Of a stretch of 64,000 bases of DNA, positions 46,154 through 55,895 are shown piece by piece. Under the pieces are notes generated by a model, which was given only the letters and a program-made list of their open reading frames with translations, did not search any database and had not been told where the DNA came from. Numbering within the stretch: position 1 is the first letter of the stretch; each line of letters opens with the position of its first letter. The DNA lies in the IMG/VR virus record IMGVR_UViG_3300009161_000038; one strand, written 5' to 3'. This DNA is from an uncultured virus (IMG/VR IMGVR_UViG_3300009161_000038). Taxonomy: Duplodnaviria; Heunggongvirae; Uroviricota; Caudoviricetes. Position numbers and translations under genes: made by a program.

Positions 46154-46984
46154 ATGACAATAGGATCACAAGATATAGTAAATAAAAAAACTATAAAAAG
46201 AATACCGTCTAAGAATATAGCCAAGACGTCAAAGGTTGTGCTTAAAACTACAGACCCAGACCTGTTGTGGCTAAGGCCAGACGAAGCTATTCTTAAAAAT
46301 GATTCTGGATATATTTATTCTAAGCAAGTATCTCGTCCTTATCTTGGAGACGGATCTGGTGGGGACAATCCACCTGGAGATAACGAAGAAAAAGACCCAG
46401 AAGGATCGACAGACACTGTAGATTTATCAGATATAGAGTCAATAACCTTTGAAGAATATTATGATGCTGCAGCTAAGACTACTAAGTATAATGCATTAAT
46501 TAAAATTAAAAATACAAGTCAATATGCATCAACTACAGTTGGTGTTGACGCAAGAATATATAACGCAGCAACCGCATCGTATGCAGCAGCAGTTTCGTCT
46601 TCTGAAGCAAACCCTTCAAACTCAAGTAATTTTATTACACCAACACCATCTGTTCCGTCTGTAATATTTGATAGAACTGGCTCTACAGGATTATCTTGGG
46701 GATGGAATGATTCAAGTGGTCTTGGTTCATATGATTCAATATCTTACGAATGGATTATAACAACTTTAAAAAATGGCGGGACAACTGTGAGTTCGGGATC
46801 AAAAGGGTATCCTTCCTCTTCATCTTACGGCATAGGAGATAGCGGAAAGAATAGACAATATAAAGTTAGCTCATCTGGAGGAGATACCCCAGCTTCTTCT
46901 TCAGCAAGATGGCTATCGGTAAGGGCTGTAGTAACTGGAACTAATAATAAAAAATATTATTCAAGTTATTCTACACCAATCTAA
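46154..46984 (+). CDS. Minor tail protein with C-terminal FN3-like domain
   Basis: Context; Ser/Thr-rich beta pattern (WLSVRAV...SSYSTPI). Confidence 0.6.
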   Translation: MTIGSQDIVNKKTIKRIPSKNIAKTSKVVLKTTDPDLLWLRPDEAILKNDSGYIYSKQVSRPYLGDGSGGDNPPGDNEEKDPEGSTDTVDLSDIESITFEEYYDAAAKTTKYNALIKIKNTSQYASTTVGVDARIYNAATASYAAAVSSSEANPSNSSNFITPTPSVPSVIFDRTGSTGLSWGWNDSSGLGSYDSISYEWIITTLKNGGTTVSSGSKGYPSSSSYGIGDSGKNRQYKVSSSGGDTPASSSARWLSVRAVVTGTNNKKYYSSYSTPI

Positions 46985-46993
46985 AGGAGAGTA

Positions 46994-48136
46994 ATGATAA
47001 AAGGAACTTATGTATTTTATGAAAACAATAAAGAGATTGCAAGATCTTCTAATATAATTACTAAATTTGGAAAAAGGTATTTTTCTAAACTTATGGCTGG
47101 CAATGTGCCGTCTGCAACAAAGGACTTAGCTGTAGGCATTCATGATTCAAAAACAATATCAGGAATCTCTTCTACAGGATCTGTTGTCACCTTTACAACT
47201 ACTTATGAGCATGGGTTATTTGAAGGAAACAAAGTTAGCATATCTAATGTGTCTCCAACAGCGTATAACTTTTTAAATGCAACAATAAGCTCTGTTCCTT
47301 CAACTACTACCTTTACAATTTTAAATTCAACAAATTCAGCCTATGTTTCTGGAGGAAACGTTTCTTCCGAGGTGGACACAAGATTAGGGTTTGAGATATA
47401 CAGAACGCCAGTAAACCTAGGCAGCACAGATATTCAAATGGAAAACGGATTGCCTATATATAATATAGTTTACAAAGCAACACTTCCCCAAGATTTAGCT
47501 GGAGTAATTTCAGAAATAGGAATTTATCCATCAACAAGATCTTCTGCAAATAGTTTTGATAGCAAGTTTATTGCGGATTTCGACAATTACCTAGACTGGA
47601 CGGACTCAAATGGCTACAACCCAGAGACATCAGAAACTGGTGCGAGAGTTGGAACTAATGTTTTGGTCATGTCTTCCAACGGCACTAGCGCAAAAGAATA
47701 CACAACAAACACTTCTTTTGATTTAGAGGGATATAGCAACAACGATTCTATTACTTGCGCTTACTATAAGGGAGATAATAACCTAAGTAAAATTACAGTT
47801 AAATTTTACACATCTACTGGCAATTATTATTTTGTTGATTTGCCGTCAATTTCTGGAACTGGAAAAAAGATATCACAAGAAGTTTTGCTTTCTAGCTTAT
47901 TTGGTAACGTAGTGGGTTCTCCAAATAAATCAGAAATTACAAAAATCGGAATCGTAATCACCCCAGTTTCTGGACAATCAACTTTAGTGGGCCTAGATGC
48001 AGTTAGAATTAATGATGAAGATACATTTGATCCGATATATGGTTTGGTAAGTAGGTCCATATTAAACTCGCCATATTTAACAAAAACAGCTGGAAGGCAA
48101 ATTGACGTAGAGTATAGACTGGAAGTAACATTCTAA
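46994..48136 (+). CDS. Minor tail protein
   Basis: NIITKFG, LGFEIYR, ISEIGIY, DVEYRL; internal TTTYEHGLFEGNKV.I insert. Confidence 0.65.
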   Translation: MIKGTYVFYENNKEIARSSNIITKFGKRYFSKLMAGNVPSATKDLAVGIHDSKTISGISSTGSVVTFTTTYEHGLFEGNKVSISNVSPTAYNFLNATISSVPSTTTFTILNSTNSAYVSGGNVSSEVDTRLGFEIYRTPVNLGSTDIQMENGLPIYNIVYKATLPQDLAGVISEIGIYPSTRSSANSFDSKFIADFDNYLDWTDSNGYNPETSETGARVGTNVLVMSSNGTSAKEYTTNTSFDLEGYSNNDSITCAYYKGDNNLSKITVKFYTSTGNYYFVDLPSISGTGKKISQEVLLSSLFGNVVGSPNKSEITKIGIVITPVSGQSTLVGLDAVRINDEDTFDPIYGLVSRSILNSPYLTKTAGRQIDVEYRLEVTF

Positions 48137-50074
48137 ATGTCGGCCTATCAAGATTTGTTAAAGGATAGCTCTAAGGTAGATCCTGGAGATAAAAATTATT
48201 TTATTGTAACAATTACTGACCTTGACGTAAACAATACATATCCTTTACAATTTAGATGGAAAAGAGAAGGCGGAGCATTCTCCGTATGGTCTTCTACAAA
48301 AGTAATAACAACTCCAGGAGAATCAGTTCCAGGTGAACCATCTCTTCCAACTGGTAGTGTTACAGGAGAACCTGGATTAATTAAAGTAACTTGGAACGGC
48401 ACAGACGCTGCTGGCAAAACTATTTCTAATATAGATAGGGTAGATGTTTACGTAGACGGTGGAACTTTTGATGGAACTAAAGCAACTTCAAGTTTTAAGT
48501 CAGCTGGAACGCAAACAATTGCGGCAGCTTCGGGAGAATATTTTGTAACACTTTATTCAGTTACATCTTACGGAAAAAAGTCCGCAGTAAGTAGTGCAAG
48601 ATCAGTAGTTGTCCCAGGAATTGGAACAACAGTGTTAGCCCCTCAAGATCCATCTGCTCCAACAATAGAAGCAGGTCTTGCTTCAATAATTGTTACTTGG
48701 GATGGAAAAAGAGCAACTACGGCAGATTTTGCTGCTGGATCTTTTGCGGGAGCTAAAGTTTACATAGGAAAAACTGAATCATTTGTGCCACATGCAGATA
48801 ACTGGGTACACACTTTAAACTTTTCAAATGGATTAAATCAAGTTTCTATAGGTGTTGGAACTGTAATTAATAAAAATACTCAAGAAAAATTAGATTACGA
48901 TACTCCTTATTTTATAAAAATTAGAACGGTAAATTCAGATAAAACAGAAACTACTAACTCTATTGCATCTTCTCCCACAAGTATTACAGTAGAAAAATTG
49001 CCAGCAAGTGAAATTAAAACAGGATTCCTGGATGCAGATGCTTACATTAAAGCTGGAGCAAGTGGTGGAGCAAGAGTTGAAATTAGTGGATCCACTACGC
49101 CATTAGTTATTTACGGAACAGATGGAAGTACAAAACTTCTTGAATTTATTGGTGGTAACACAGGAACATTGGCAATTAAAGGATCGGGAACATTTACTGG
49201 CAGCCTATCAATAGGATCAGGCAACGCCGTATTTAAAGCAGATCCAGACAGTCTAGCAACTCCTGGAATTTGGCTGGGACATGAAAATTATTTAAGTGCA
49301 CCATTTCGTGTTTCAAAAAGCGGTTTAGTAACAGCATCATCTGGATACATTGGAGGATGGCAATTAGGGGATTCATTTTTACAAAATGATTTAGGAACTC
49401 TTAAAATAAATAGCGGCTCGAGTCCAGCTATTTATTTGGGACCTGCTTCTGGAGCACACATAAGATTAACACCAGATTCTATAACTCACTATGAGAATGG
49501 AATTGCAAGTGGTAAATTTACACTAACAACATCAAGTGGAAATGTATCATTAAAAGGACAACTTAATGCGGGATCATCAATTACTGGAGCTGAAATTATT
49601 GGAGGAGTAATTACTAGCACTGGCTCATCTACTATTGGAACTGGAACATTAACTATAGATTCAGGATCTATATCTCACACATCAGGTTTTTATTTAAATA
49701 CTGGCGCTGGGGGTTTATATCTTGATACGTACAGCGCTACAGATAATGCTTATCTTATAATTCACCCTAATACAGGAACTATTATAGGACAAGGAAATGC
49801 AACTGGAGATCTTCAAATAAGATTAAATAATGCAGAACTTGAAGGATATACTAGGGGATATTTGTTTCACAGTCTTTACGATCAATTCCCAGATACAGCT
49901 GTATTATATACAACCACTAGTTATGGAACACCAGGGTCTACGGTTACAATTAATGCAAACAATAGATTGAGCAGAGGAAGAACTTTGTATTCTGGAAATA
50001 TTTCTAGCGCCGCTACGCTAGACAATTATTTAGGCGGAGCTTTTACTGGCGACTTATATTTTAGTACGGCGTGA
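48137..50074 (+). CDS. Tail fibre/tip protein with FN3-like domains
   Basis: FN3-like N-terminal half; GIWLG..APFRV and GYIGGW motifs. Confidence 0.7.
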   Translation: MSAYQDLLKDSSKVDPGDKNYFIVTITDLDVNNTYPLQFRWKREGGAFSVWSSTKVITTPGESVPGEPSLPTGSVTGEPGLIKVTWNGTDAAGKTISNIDRVDVYVDGGTFDGTKATSSFKSAGTQTIAAASGEYFVTLYSVTSYGKKSAVSSARSVVVPGIGTTVLAPQDPSAPTIEAGLASIIVTWDGKRATTADFAAGSFAGAKVYIGKTESFVPHADNWVHTLNFSNGLNQVSIGVGTVINKNTQEKLDYDTPYFIKIRTVNSDKTETTNSIASSPTSITVEKLPASEIKTGFLDADAYIKAGASGGARVEISGSTTPLVIYGTDGSTKLLEFIGGNTGTLAIKGSGTFTGSLSIGSGNAVFKADPDSLATPGIWLGHENYLSAPFRVSKSGLVTASSGYIGGWQLGDSFLQNDLGTLKINSGSSPAIYLGPASGAHIRLTPDSITHYENGIASGKFTLTTSSGNVSLKGQLNAGSSITGAEIIGGVITSTGSSTIGTGTLTIDSGSISHTSGFYLNTGAGGLYLDTYSATDNAYLIIHPNTGTIIGQGNATGDLQIRLNNAELEGYTRGYLFHSLYDQFPDTAVLYTTTSYGTPGSTVTINANNRLSRGRTLYSGNISSAATLDNYLGGAFTGDLYFSTA

Positions 50075-50080
50075 TAAAAT

Positions 50081-52633
50081 ATGCCTTCAATATTTAGAAA
50101 AAACACAAATGGCTGGGTAGAAATATTATCTGTTTTTAGAAAAAACACAAATGGCTGGGTAGAAATATTAAATGCATATAGAAAAAATACTACAGCCTGG
50201 GTGAAAGTTTTTGCAAGAAGCCAGATACCAGGAATCATATCTTTTCCAAAAGTAAGAAATTCTAGCGGAAATGATATTAATAACACCACAGTCATTGCAC
50301 GAGTTGGTGACACTTTAACTGGATATCGTGGTAGTTGGAGCAATAGCCCAACAGTTTATGAAGATAGATGGTACTTTAGTCAATATGCAGGTGGTGGAAA
50401 CTATGGACCATTTAGTCCTGCTCAAACTAATACAACATTATCTACCAATTTATCTCATGATGGATATTATATTGTTTATCAAGTTAGGGCAACTAACTCA
50501 TCTGGGTCATCCGACTATGTAACTAGCAGCAATGAGGCTCGTGTAGTTAAATATTCTCCAGTGTCTTTGTTGCCATACACTCTTTCGGGATCCCCCGTAG
50601 TTGGTGTAACCCTAACGGCTCAACCTCAGATTGGTTCCTGGAAAAGTACAACATCTATTTCTGGAGACACCTCTCCAAACAGTTATGAATACGAATGGAG
50701 TTATTCAGATGGTACAATTCTTCAGTTTAATAGTAGCAATAGTTATTTAATAGACTCCGATGATCTAGGAAAAATAATTAGAGTAAGAGTTACTGGAACA
50801 AATACAGGTGGTTCAGCAACAAGTGGTTACACATCTTCTGGAACTGTTACGACTCCGTATTCATTTAATTTTGGAAACATTTTATATGTTGGTTCTAATG
50901 GATATATAGGATTAGACAACGGAGGAACAGTAGCTGGAACAGCAGGTAGCGGAAGAAATATTAATATATGGAATGAAGATTTGGTTAATTATAGAATTCA
51001 AGAATATTCTGATAGCAGTAATTATCATTTATATTTTAGATCATATGCTTATCAATCTCCCTTGCTTCGATCATCAATAACTGCTTTAGATTATCAAATT
51101 AAATTTTATACAGGACAGCCATATTGCGATGTTTATCTAGTAAGAAAAGGAAGTAGCGTTCCTACATATATAGATAGTCCAGGTTACTATTCAAACGGAT
51201 TAAATGGATTTGCTGGAATTATTGGGCCGTTTGGTTGGGCAGCTGGATCTGTTTTAAGAGTATATTTTGATGGAACACTAGCAAGCACTTCTGCAGCAAG
51301 CTGGACTGCTATTTCAGATTCAGTTTGGAAAAATGTTTCATCATCTGATATTGACGATAGTTATGTTTCAGTTACTACAGCTCCAAATCAACAGGCTTCA
51401 GTGCTGACAGCTCCAAGTATTACCTCCGTATCCTCAACAAATGAGAGCGCTCCAGTAACAGCATACTTTAGTGGAGGATCAGGACCTTACTACCAAATAT
51501 ATTGGACAACTGGCGCAGCGCCTGGTGCTGGAGCTACTCCAGATCAAGAAGGATCTTCCAGTCCGCTTACAGATAGTACTGGTCCCGCCACGACTGGTTA
51601 CACATACTACATGTATGTAAGATCTGTATCTTCTTTGGGAGAAACAAGCGCAGGCCCTTCATCTCTTGCAAGTGCATGGAGTGCTGGATATGCATTTACT
51701 GTTTCATCTTCAAATCTTACGGCCCCTACTATTTCTAGTGTAAATTCTGGAAACTCTAATGCAGAACCAGTAGTAGTATATTTTTCTGGTGGATCTGGTC
51801 CTTATTATCAAATATGGTGGTGGTCAAATAGCTATGCCCCTCCAACAGGAAATTCGCCAGACGCCTACGGATCATCCAGCCCATTAACAGATAGCTCTGG
51901 TCCTGGCTCCGCTGGAACTTATTATGCATTTGTCAGATCTGTTGCAGTAAATAATGGAAGCGCAACTGGTGGGTCAACCGTTCCAAGTCCTACATTTAGT
52001 AATTGGAGTTCTGGATTTGCGTTTACCGTAACACAAGCCCCAATAGTACCAACAGTTTCAATGAATGCTAATAGCGGAATTAGTACAAGTGGTGCAACAA
52101 TTAACTGGTCATCTACAAATCAATCTTACGCATATGTAAATAGTACCTATGTCGGAAATGTTAATAGTTATACATTTACTGGACTTTCTGCTGGCACAGC
52201 ATATTCTGGAACTGTAACTGTTTATTCTTCTACAAATACCGCGGCTTCTGCTAGTTATAGTTTTACAACTAGCGCAGCAACACCTACACCAGTTCTATCT
52301 AGCTTTGCAATGAGAAACGGTGGAGGAACCACTGCTTCTCCAAATAGTCCTAGAATTTCTGTTACAATTACAACTACAAATGCAGCATCAGTTGTATACA
52401 CTATATACACTTCTGCATCTCTTCCAATCGGAGCCACAGTTGCGGCTAGCGGAACTGTTAATACAGCAGGATCTGTTACGGTTACCAGCAATACTGGTGC
52501 ATTTAATAACTATTATGAAATTTACGCAACACCTTATTCTGGCTCTAGCGGAACGGGAATTGCTGGAACAATGAAATATGGTGGCACAAAGAGGAATACC
52601 ACAACCGCTACCACAACCACATATAATGTATAA
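50081..52633 (+). CDS. Ig/FN3-repeat receptor-binding-like virion protein
   Basis: DLGKIIRVRVTGTN Ig-like module, internal duplicated ~100-aa domain, FN3-like TGLSAGTAYSGTV. Confidence 0.7.
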   Translation: MPSIFRKNTNGWVEILSVFRKNTNGWVEILNAYRKNTTAWVKVFARSQIPGIISFPKVRNSSGNDINNTTVIARVGDTLTGYRGSWSNSPTVYEDRWYFSQYAGGGNYGPFSPAQTNTTLSTNLSHDGYYIVYQVRATNSSGSSDYVTSSNEARVVKYSPVSLLPYTLSGSPVVGVTLTAQPQIGSWKSTTSISGDTSPNSYEYEWSYSDGTILQFNSSNSYLIDSDDLGKIIRVRVTGTNTGGSATSGYTSSGTVTTPYSFNFGNILYVGSNGYIGLDNGGTVAGTAGSGRNINIWNEDLVNYRIQEYSDSSNYHLYFRSYAYQSPLLRSSITALDYQIKFYTGQPYCDVYLVRKGSSVPTYIDSPGYYSNGLNGFAGIIGPFGWAAGSVLRVYFDGTLASTSAASWTAISDSVWKNVSSSDIDDSYVSVTTAPNQQASVLTAPSITSVSSTNESAPVTAYFSGGSGPYYQIYWTTGAAPGAGATPDQEGSSSPLTDSTGPATTGYTYYMYVRSVSSLGETSAGPSSLASAWSAGYAFTVSSSNLTAPTISSVNSGNSNAEPVVVYFSGGSGPYYQIWWWSNSYAPPTGNSPDAYGSSSPLTDSSGPGSAGTYYAFVRSVAVNNGSATGGSTVPSPTFSNWSSGFAFTVTQAPIVPTVSMNANSGISTSGATINWSSTNQSYAYVNSTYVGNVNSYTFTGLSAGTAYSGTVTVYSSTNTAASASYSFTTSAATPTPVLSSFAMRNGGGTTASPNSPRISVTITTTNAASVVYTIYTSASLPIGATVAASGTVNTAGSVTVTSNTGAFNNYYEIYATPYSGSSGTGIAGTMKYGGTKRNTTTATTTTYNV
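50093..50170 (+). repeat. 36-bp direct repeat, 42-bp period (FRKNTNGWVEIL x2)
   Basis: 50093-50128 equals 50135-50170. Confidence 0.9.
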
Positions 52634-52653
52634 TAAATTAAATAAGGAGATAA

Positions 52654-52872
52654 ATGCTATCAGTATATGATAAGATAAACATTGTTAATGATAGGGTATC
52701 AAATTTAATGTCTTGTATTTCTACGCTAAATGAAGAAATTGAGATTTTTAAAAAAATAGATCCCGTAGATCAAGAAACAATAGATGGATATACATTTGAT
52801 ATAAGCTTAAAAGAGCTTGAGATATTGATTATGCAAGACTTATTAAGCGATTTGAATAAAGAGCTTGACTAG
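52654..52872 (+). CDS. Small helical hypothetical protein
   Basis: AAGGAG RBS; N-terminus resembles the next gene. Confidence 0.65.
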   Translation: MLSVYDKINIVNDRVSNLMSCISTLNEEIEIFKKIDPVDQETIDGYTFDISLKELEILIMQDLLSDLNKELD

Positions 52873-52907
52873 TATACTCAAAATGATATAATGTGAAAGG
52901 AGGAAAA

Positions 52908-53132
52908 ATGACAATATTATCAAATTCAGAAAAACGTGCAATTGTTGAGAGTCGTATTAAAAGCTTACATCATGTTAAATTTAATTTAGACATAGACGTA
53001 ATTGTTGAAAATGCTAAAACTCAATCAAGTGCAGAAAGCATTGCTTCTTTAAACGCAGCACAGACTTCCGTAAATGCTCAAATTGCTGCCTTGACAACAG
53101 AGGCCGCAAAATACCCAGAAGCGCAGGAATAG
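52908..53132 (+). CDS. Small coiled-coil hypothetical protein
   Basis: AGGAGG directly before ATG 52908. Confidence 0.7.
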   Translation: MTILSNSEKRAIVESRIKSLHHVKFNLDIDVIVENAKTQSSAESIASLNAAQTSVNAQIAALTTEAAKYPEAQE

Positions 53133-53134
53133 AG

Positions 53135-53323
53135 ATGGCGGATAAAACAGAATTAATTATTACAGCCTTGCAGCAACGCATAGGAGAAATTGTATCTAAT
53201 TATGAAACTCAGATAGCGGTATTGCGTTCAGAAATTACTTTACTTATTGATCAAAATCAAGAACGTGAAAAGTCTATTGAAGAATACTCAGACAGCCTAG
53301 ACAAGATTGTGAAAGAGGTTTAA
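53135..53323 (+). CDS. Small coiled-coil hypothetical protein
   Basis: ORF track; closely spaced with neighbours. Confidence 0.7.
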   Translation: MADKTELIITALQQRIGEIVSNYETQIAVLRSEITLLIDQNQEREKSIEEYSDSLDKIVKEV

Positions 53324-53325
53324 TT

Positions 53326-53733
53326 GTGGCAACTTTAAAGCAACCAATATTTAATGACGGAGAGCCTTTAGACGCTAGCAAATTAAATGATTTAAAAGAT
53401 GGTTTAACAAAAACTTACCAAATTGCTCAAGGTTTGCAAAATACCCTAGAAGACGGAACTACAACTGTTCCAGTAATTTCTGGTGGTTCCATTACAATTC
53501 CAGCAGTAACTTCTGCTTCTGGAGGTCCGTCTGCAATAGTAGATTTGCCAGTAGATGCAAAGTTTAATGGAGAAACTCCTATTTATACAATTAGTATTGG
53601 TGGTGGCTCTATTAGTTCTGGAAGACAAATCACTCTCAGGATAATTAATGGCAAACAAGTTCAATACTTTTCTAACGGACCAGTTGGAGAGCTAAAAATA
53701 AACTACATTGCTTTTAAAGAAAAGGCTAACTAA
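53326..53733 (+). CDS. Hypothetical (possible virion) protein
   Basis: FNDGEPLDASKLN N-terminus, INYIA C-terminus. Confidence 0.65.
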   Translation: MATLKQPIFNDGEPLDASKLNDLKDGLTKTYQIAQGLQNTLEDGTTTVPVISGGSITIPAVTSASGGPSAIVDLPVDAKFNGETPIYTISIGGGSISSGRQITLRIINGKQVQYFSNGPVGELKINYIAFKEKAN

Positions 53734-53736
53734 ATA

Positions 53737-53803
53737 TTGACAGACTGTCATTATATGTTAAGATATACGTAGTACTCAAAGTCACAAAAAATGTGACTTT
53801 TTT
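53737..53803 (+). promoter_or_regulatory. Promoter with overlapping palindrome and downstream hairpin
   Basis: TTGACA-N16-TAAGAT; palindrome TGACAGACTGTCA (53738-53750); hairpin AAAGTCACA/TGTGACTTT plus T-tract (53778-53803). Confidence 0.55.
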
Positions 53804-53819
53804 AATTTAAGGATATTGA

Positions 53820-54635
53820 ATGGCAAATGATTTAAAATGGATGCTGTCCTCGGATCAGCAATTTCCATATCAAGATGATAAAATGATTGAGCTTTGGTTT
53901 AAGGTTATGAAGTGGTTTAAGCCAGATGTTGTAGACTATCTTGGCGACACAGATGATCAGGCTTGCTACAGTAGATTTACAGAAGGAAAGCCAACAGAGT
54001 TTTTAAAGGCATACAAGAATGACGACGTAACAAATGATTTAGAGTTAATGCTAAAAGACATGAAGTTTGAGGCAAGTGGTGCCCGTGAATTTTATGAAAG
54101 AACAAGAAAGATGCTTCCAAACGCACAACTATTCTCAGCGTTAGGAAATCATGATATTAGAATTTTTGATTATTTGGATAAGAAAATTCCTGAATATGCA
54201 AAGCATGTTACCCCAGAAGCTTTATGGAGTTTAGATTCATTAGGATATGATTATATTTATTATAATGAATTGCCAAAGAAACGTTTTGGAGATATCCACG
54301 TCCATCATGGAATTTCAATTTCAGCAACAGGGTCGGTTAGAAAAGACATGGAAGATCTACAAGTATCTTTAATTAGAGGACATTCTCATAGGATTGCATC
54401 TCATTTAGTTACTTATGAATTAAGAAATAAAGGCAAGGGGGAAACTTTGCGTGGATATGAGATTGGTCATATGTGCGATGAAAAGGGTCCAGGAATGAAA
54501 TACACCCAGCATCATGACTGGCAAAAGGGATTTGCAATAGCGCATATTGAAAATGGAAAGTATCCACACGTTAACATGATACACGTATCACCAGAATATA
54601 CTTGTGTAGTAGACGGGAAATTGTTTACTTTATAA
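53820..54635 (+). CDS. Calcineurin-like metallophosphoesterase
   Basis: SDQQ, LGD, GNHD, HHG, GHSH motifs. Confidence 0.85.
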   Translation: MANDLKWMLSSDQQFPYQDDKMIELWFKVMKWFKPDVVDYLGDTDDQACYSRFTEGKPTEFLKAYKNDDVTNDLELMLKDMKFEASGAREFYERTRKMLPNAQLFSALGNHDIRIFDYLDKKIPEYAKHVTPEALWSLDSLGYDYIYYNELPKKRFGDIHVHHGISISATGSVRKDMEDLQVSLIRGHSHRIASHLVTYELRNKGKGETLRGYEIGHMCDEKGPGMKYTQHHDWQKGFAIAHIENGKYPHVNMIHVSPEYTCVVDGKLFTL

Positions 54636-54820
54636 TGAAATGTCAAAAGTGTAGAGGTAGAGTTTTTGTAGATAGAGTTTTTTCTCAAAAACTACATGTT
54701 GAATTGTTCTGCATGCAGTGCGGGAAAAGGTGGATGATTAGTAAAGAAACGAGTGCGTTCGGAAAATGGCTAGAAAAAATGGATCAAAAGCACGCAAAAA
54801 ATTTCTCTATTTCTTCTTAA
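54635..54820 (+). CDS. Zinc-ribbon protein
   Basis: CQKC...CMQC; TAATG-coupled ATG at 54635. Confidence 0.7.
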   Translation: MKCQKCRGRVFVDRVFSQKLHVELFCMQCGKRWMISKETSAFGKWLEKMDQKHAKNFSISS

Positions 54821-55245
54821 ATAACAAATTACATAAAGTAATTAGGTTATCTAGGCCTAGAGACGAAGTAGTCGCTTGGTGTTATGCTGAGAAAAAAAGA
54901 ATGATGTATAGCTATTCCGAAGTTTTAAAAAAAATGGAAAACGCATATACGATAAAAGATGTAGGCTTAATTCTTGGAAGACATAAAGTTACAATTGAAG
55001 AGTATATCTTGCAAGGAAAAATAAAGAAACCTCAAAAGGTATATCCGATAAGTAATCCAGATAGCTTGTGGTATAAGTTTATGTTTAGTGAGTCTGACAT
55101 ACTTGACTTACATGCGTATATCCTAGAAGCTGGATATGTAAAAAACATACCTAGTAGGTCGGAACTAAGGGCACTTCTCAAAAATAATATTATATTGTAT
55201 ACTAAAACTGAATCTGGATTTGTTCCAGTGTGGAAGGCGGACTAG
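54766..55245 (+). CDS. Putative HTH DNA-binding protein
   Basis: AYTIKDVGLILGRHKVTIEEYILQGKI, excisionase/MerR-like HTH pattern. Confidence 0.65.
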   Translation: MARKNGSKARKKFLYFFLNNKLHKVIRLSRPRDEVVAWCYAEKKRMMYSYSEVLKKMENAYTIKDVGLILGRHKVTIEEYILQGKIKKPQKVYPISNPDSLWYKFMFSESDILDLHAYILEAGYVKNIPSRSELRALLKNNIILYTKTESGFVPVWKAD

Positions 55246-55358
55246 TGGAAAAAAGCAAAGTTGTCACTTGTGATATTTGCAATAAAGATGTAGAGGTTCG
55301 CTGGGGAATATTTGCTAATGAAACTTTAAATAGACACAAGAAGGCGGAGCATAAATGA
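55245..55358 (+). CDS. Tiny C2H2-type zinc-finger-like protein (37 aa)
   Basis: GTG start; MEKSKVVTCDICNKDVEVRWGIFANETLNRHKKAEHK; overlaps both neighbours. Confidence 0.6.
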   Translation: MEKSKVVTCDICNKDVEVRWGIFANETLNRHKKAEHK

Positions 55359-55558
55359 CAACAGTGGTTAAGGTTGACCTATCCTTTACTAGAAACCTAG
55401 GAAATTTTGAAAGCATTAAAATTGGAATAGGCGTAGAAGACAATGTGCGTGATGGAGAAAATGTAGATACTGCCACTGAGCGTGTTTATAAATTTGTCGA
55501 AGAAAAGCTTATTGAAAAAACTCAAGAAATAGAGAAAGAATTAAAAAATGGAAAATGA
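55355..55558 (+). CDS. Hypothetical protein
   Basis: ORF track; TRNLGNFES motif; overlaps neighbours. Confidence 0.75.
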   Translation: MTTVVKVDLSFTRNLGNFESIKIGIGVEDNVRDGENVDTATERVYKFVEEKLIEKTQEIEKELKNGK

Positions 55559-55895
55559 TCTAGCCATTTCCAAGGCTGAAAAAAATAAACAGCCCTACAT
55601 AATGCTATGGAAATACGAAAAGCTTTACGAGGAAAAGTACGGCAAAAAACCAGTGTTGAATAAATTTAGAGATAAGATGGCTATGAATGACGTTATTGAA
55701 AGCGTTGGCTTTGATAGAGGAATGACCCTTTTGGAATATTATTTTAAACTAATAAAGCACGGACATCCTTTAATATTTTTCTTATACAATTTTGACAAAA
55801 TTGATTCTGCACAAAAAGAATTAGAAAAAGATAAGGCAAAAAGAAAAATTTTAAGAGAGCAAACTAAAAAACTAGTAGAGGAAGTAGACGAATGA
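55548..55895 (+). CDS. Hypothetical protein upstream of helicase
   Basis: ATGA-coupled to dnaB. Confidence 0.7.
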   Translation: MENDLAISKAEKNKQPYIMLWKYEKLYEEKYGKKPVLNKFRDKMAMNDVIESVGFDRGMTLLEYYFKLIKHGHPLIFFLYNFDKIDSAQKELEKDKAKRKILREQTKKLVEEVDE

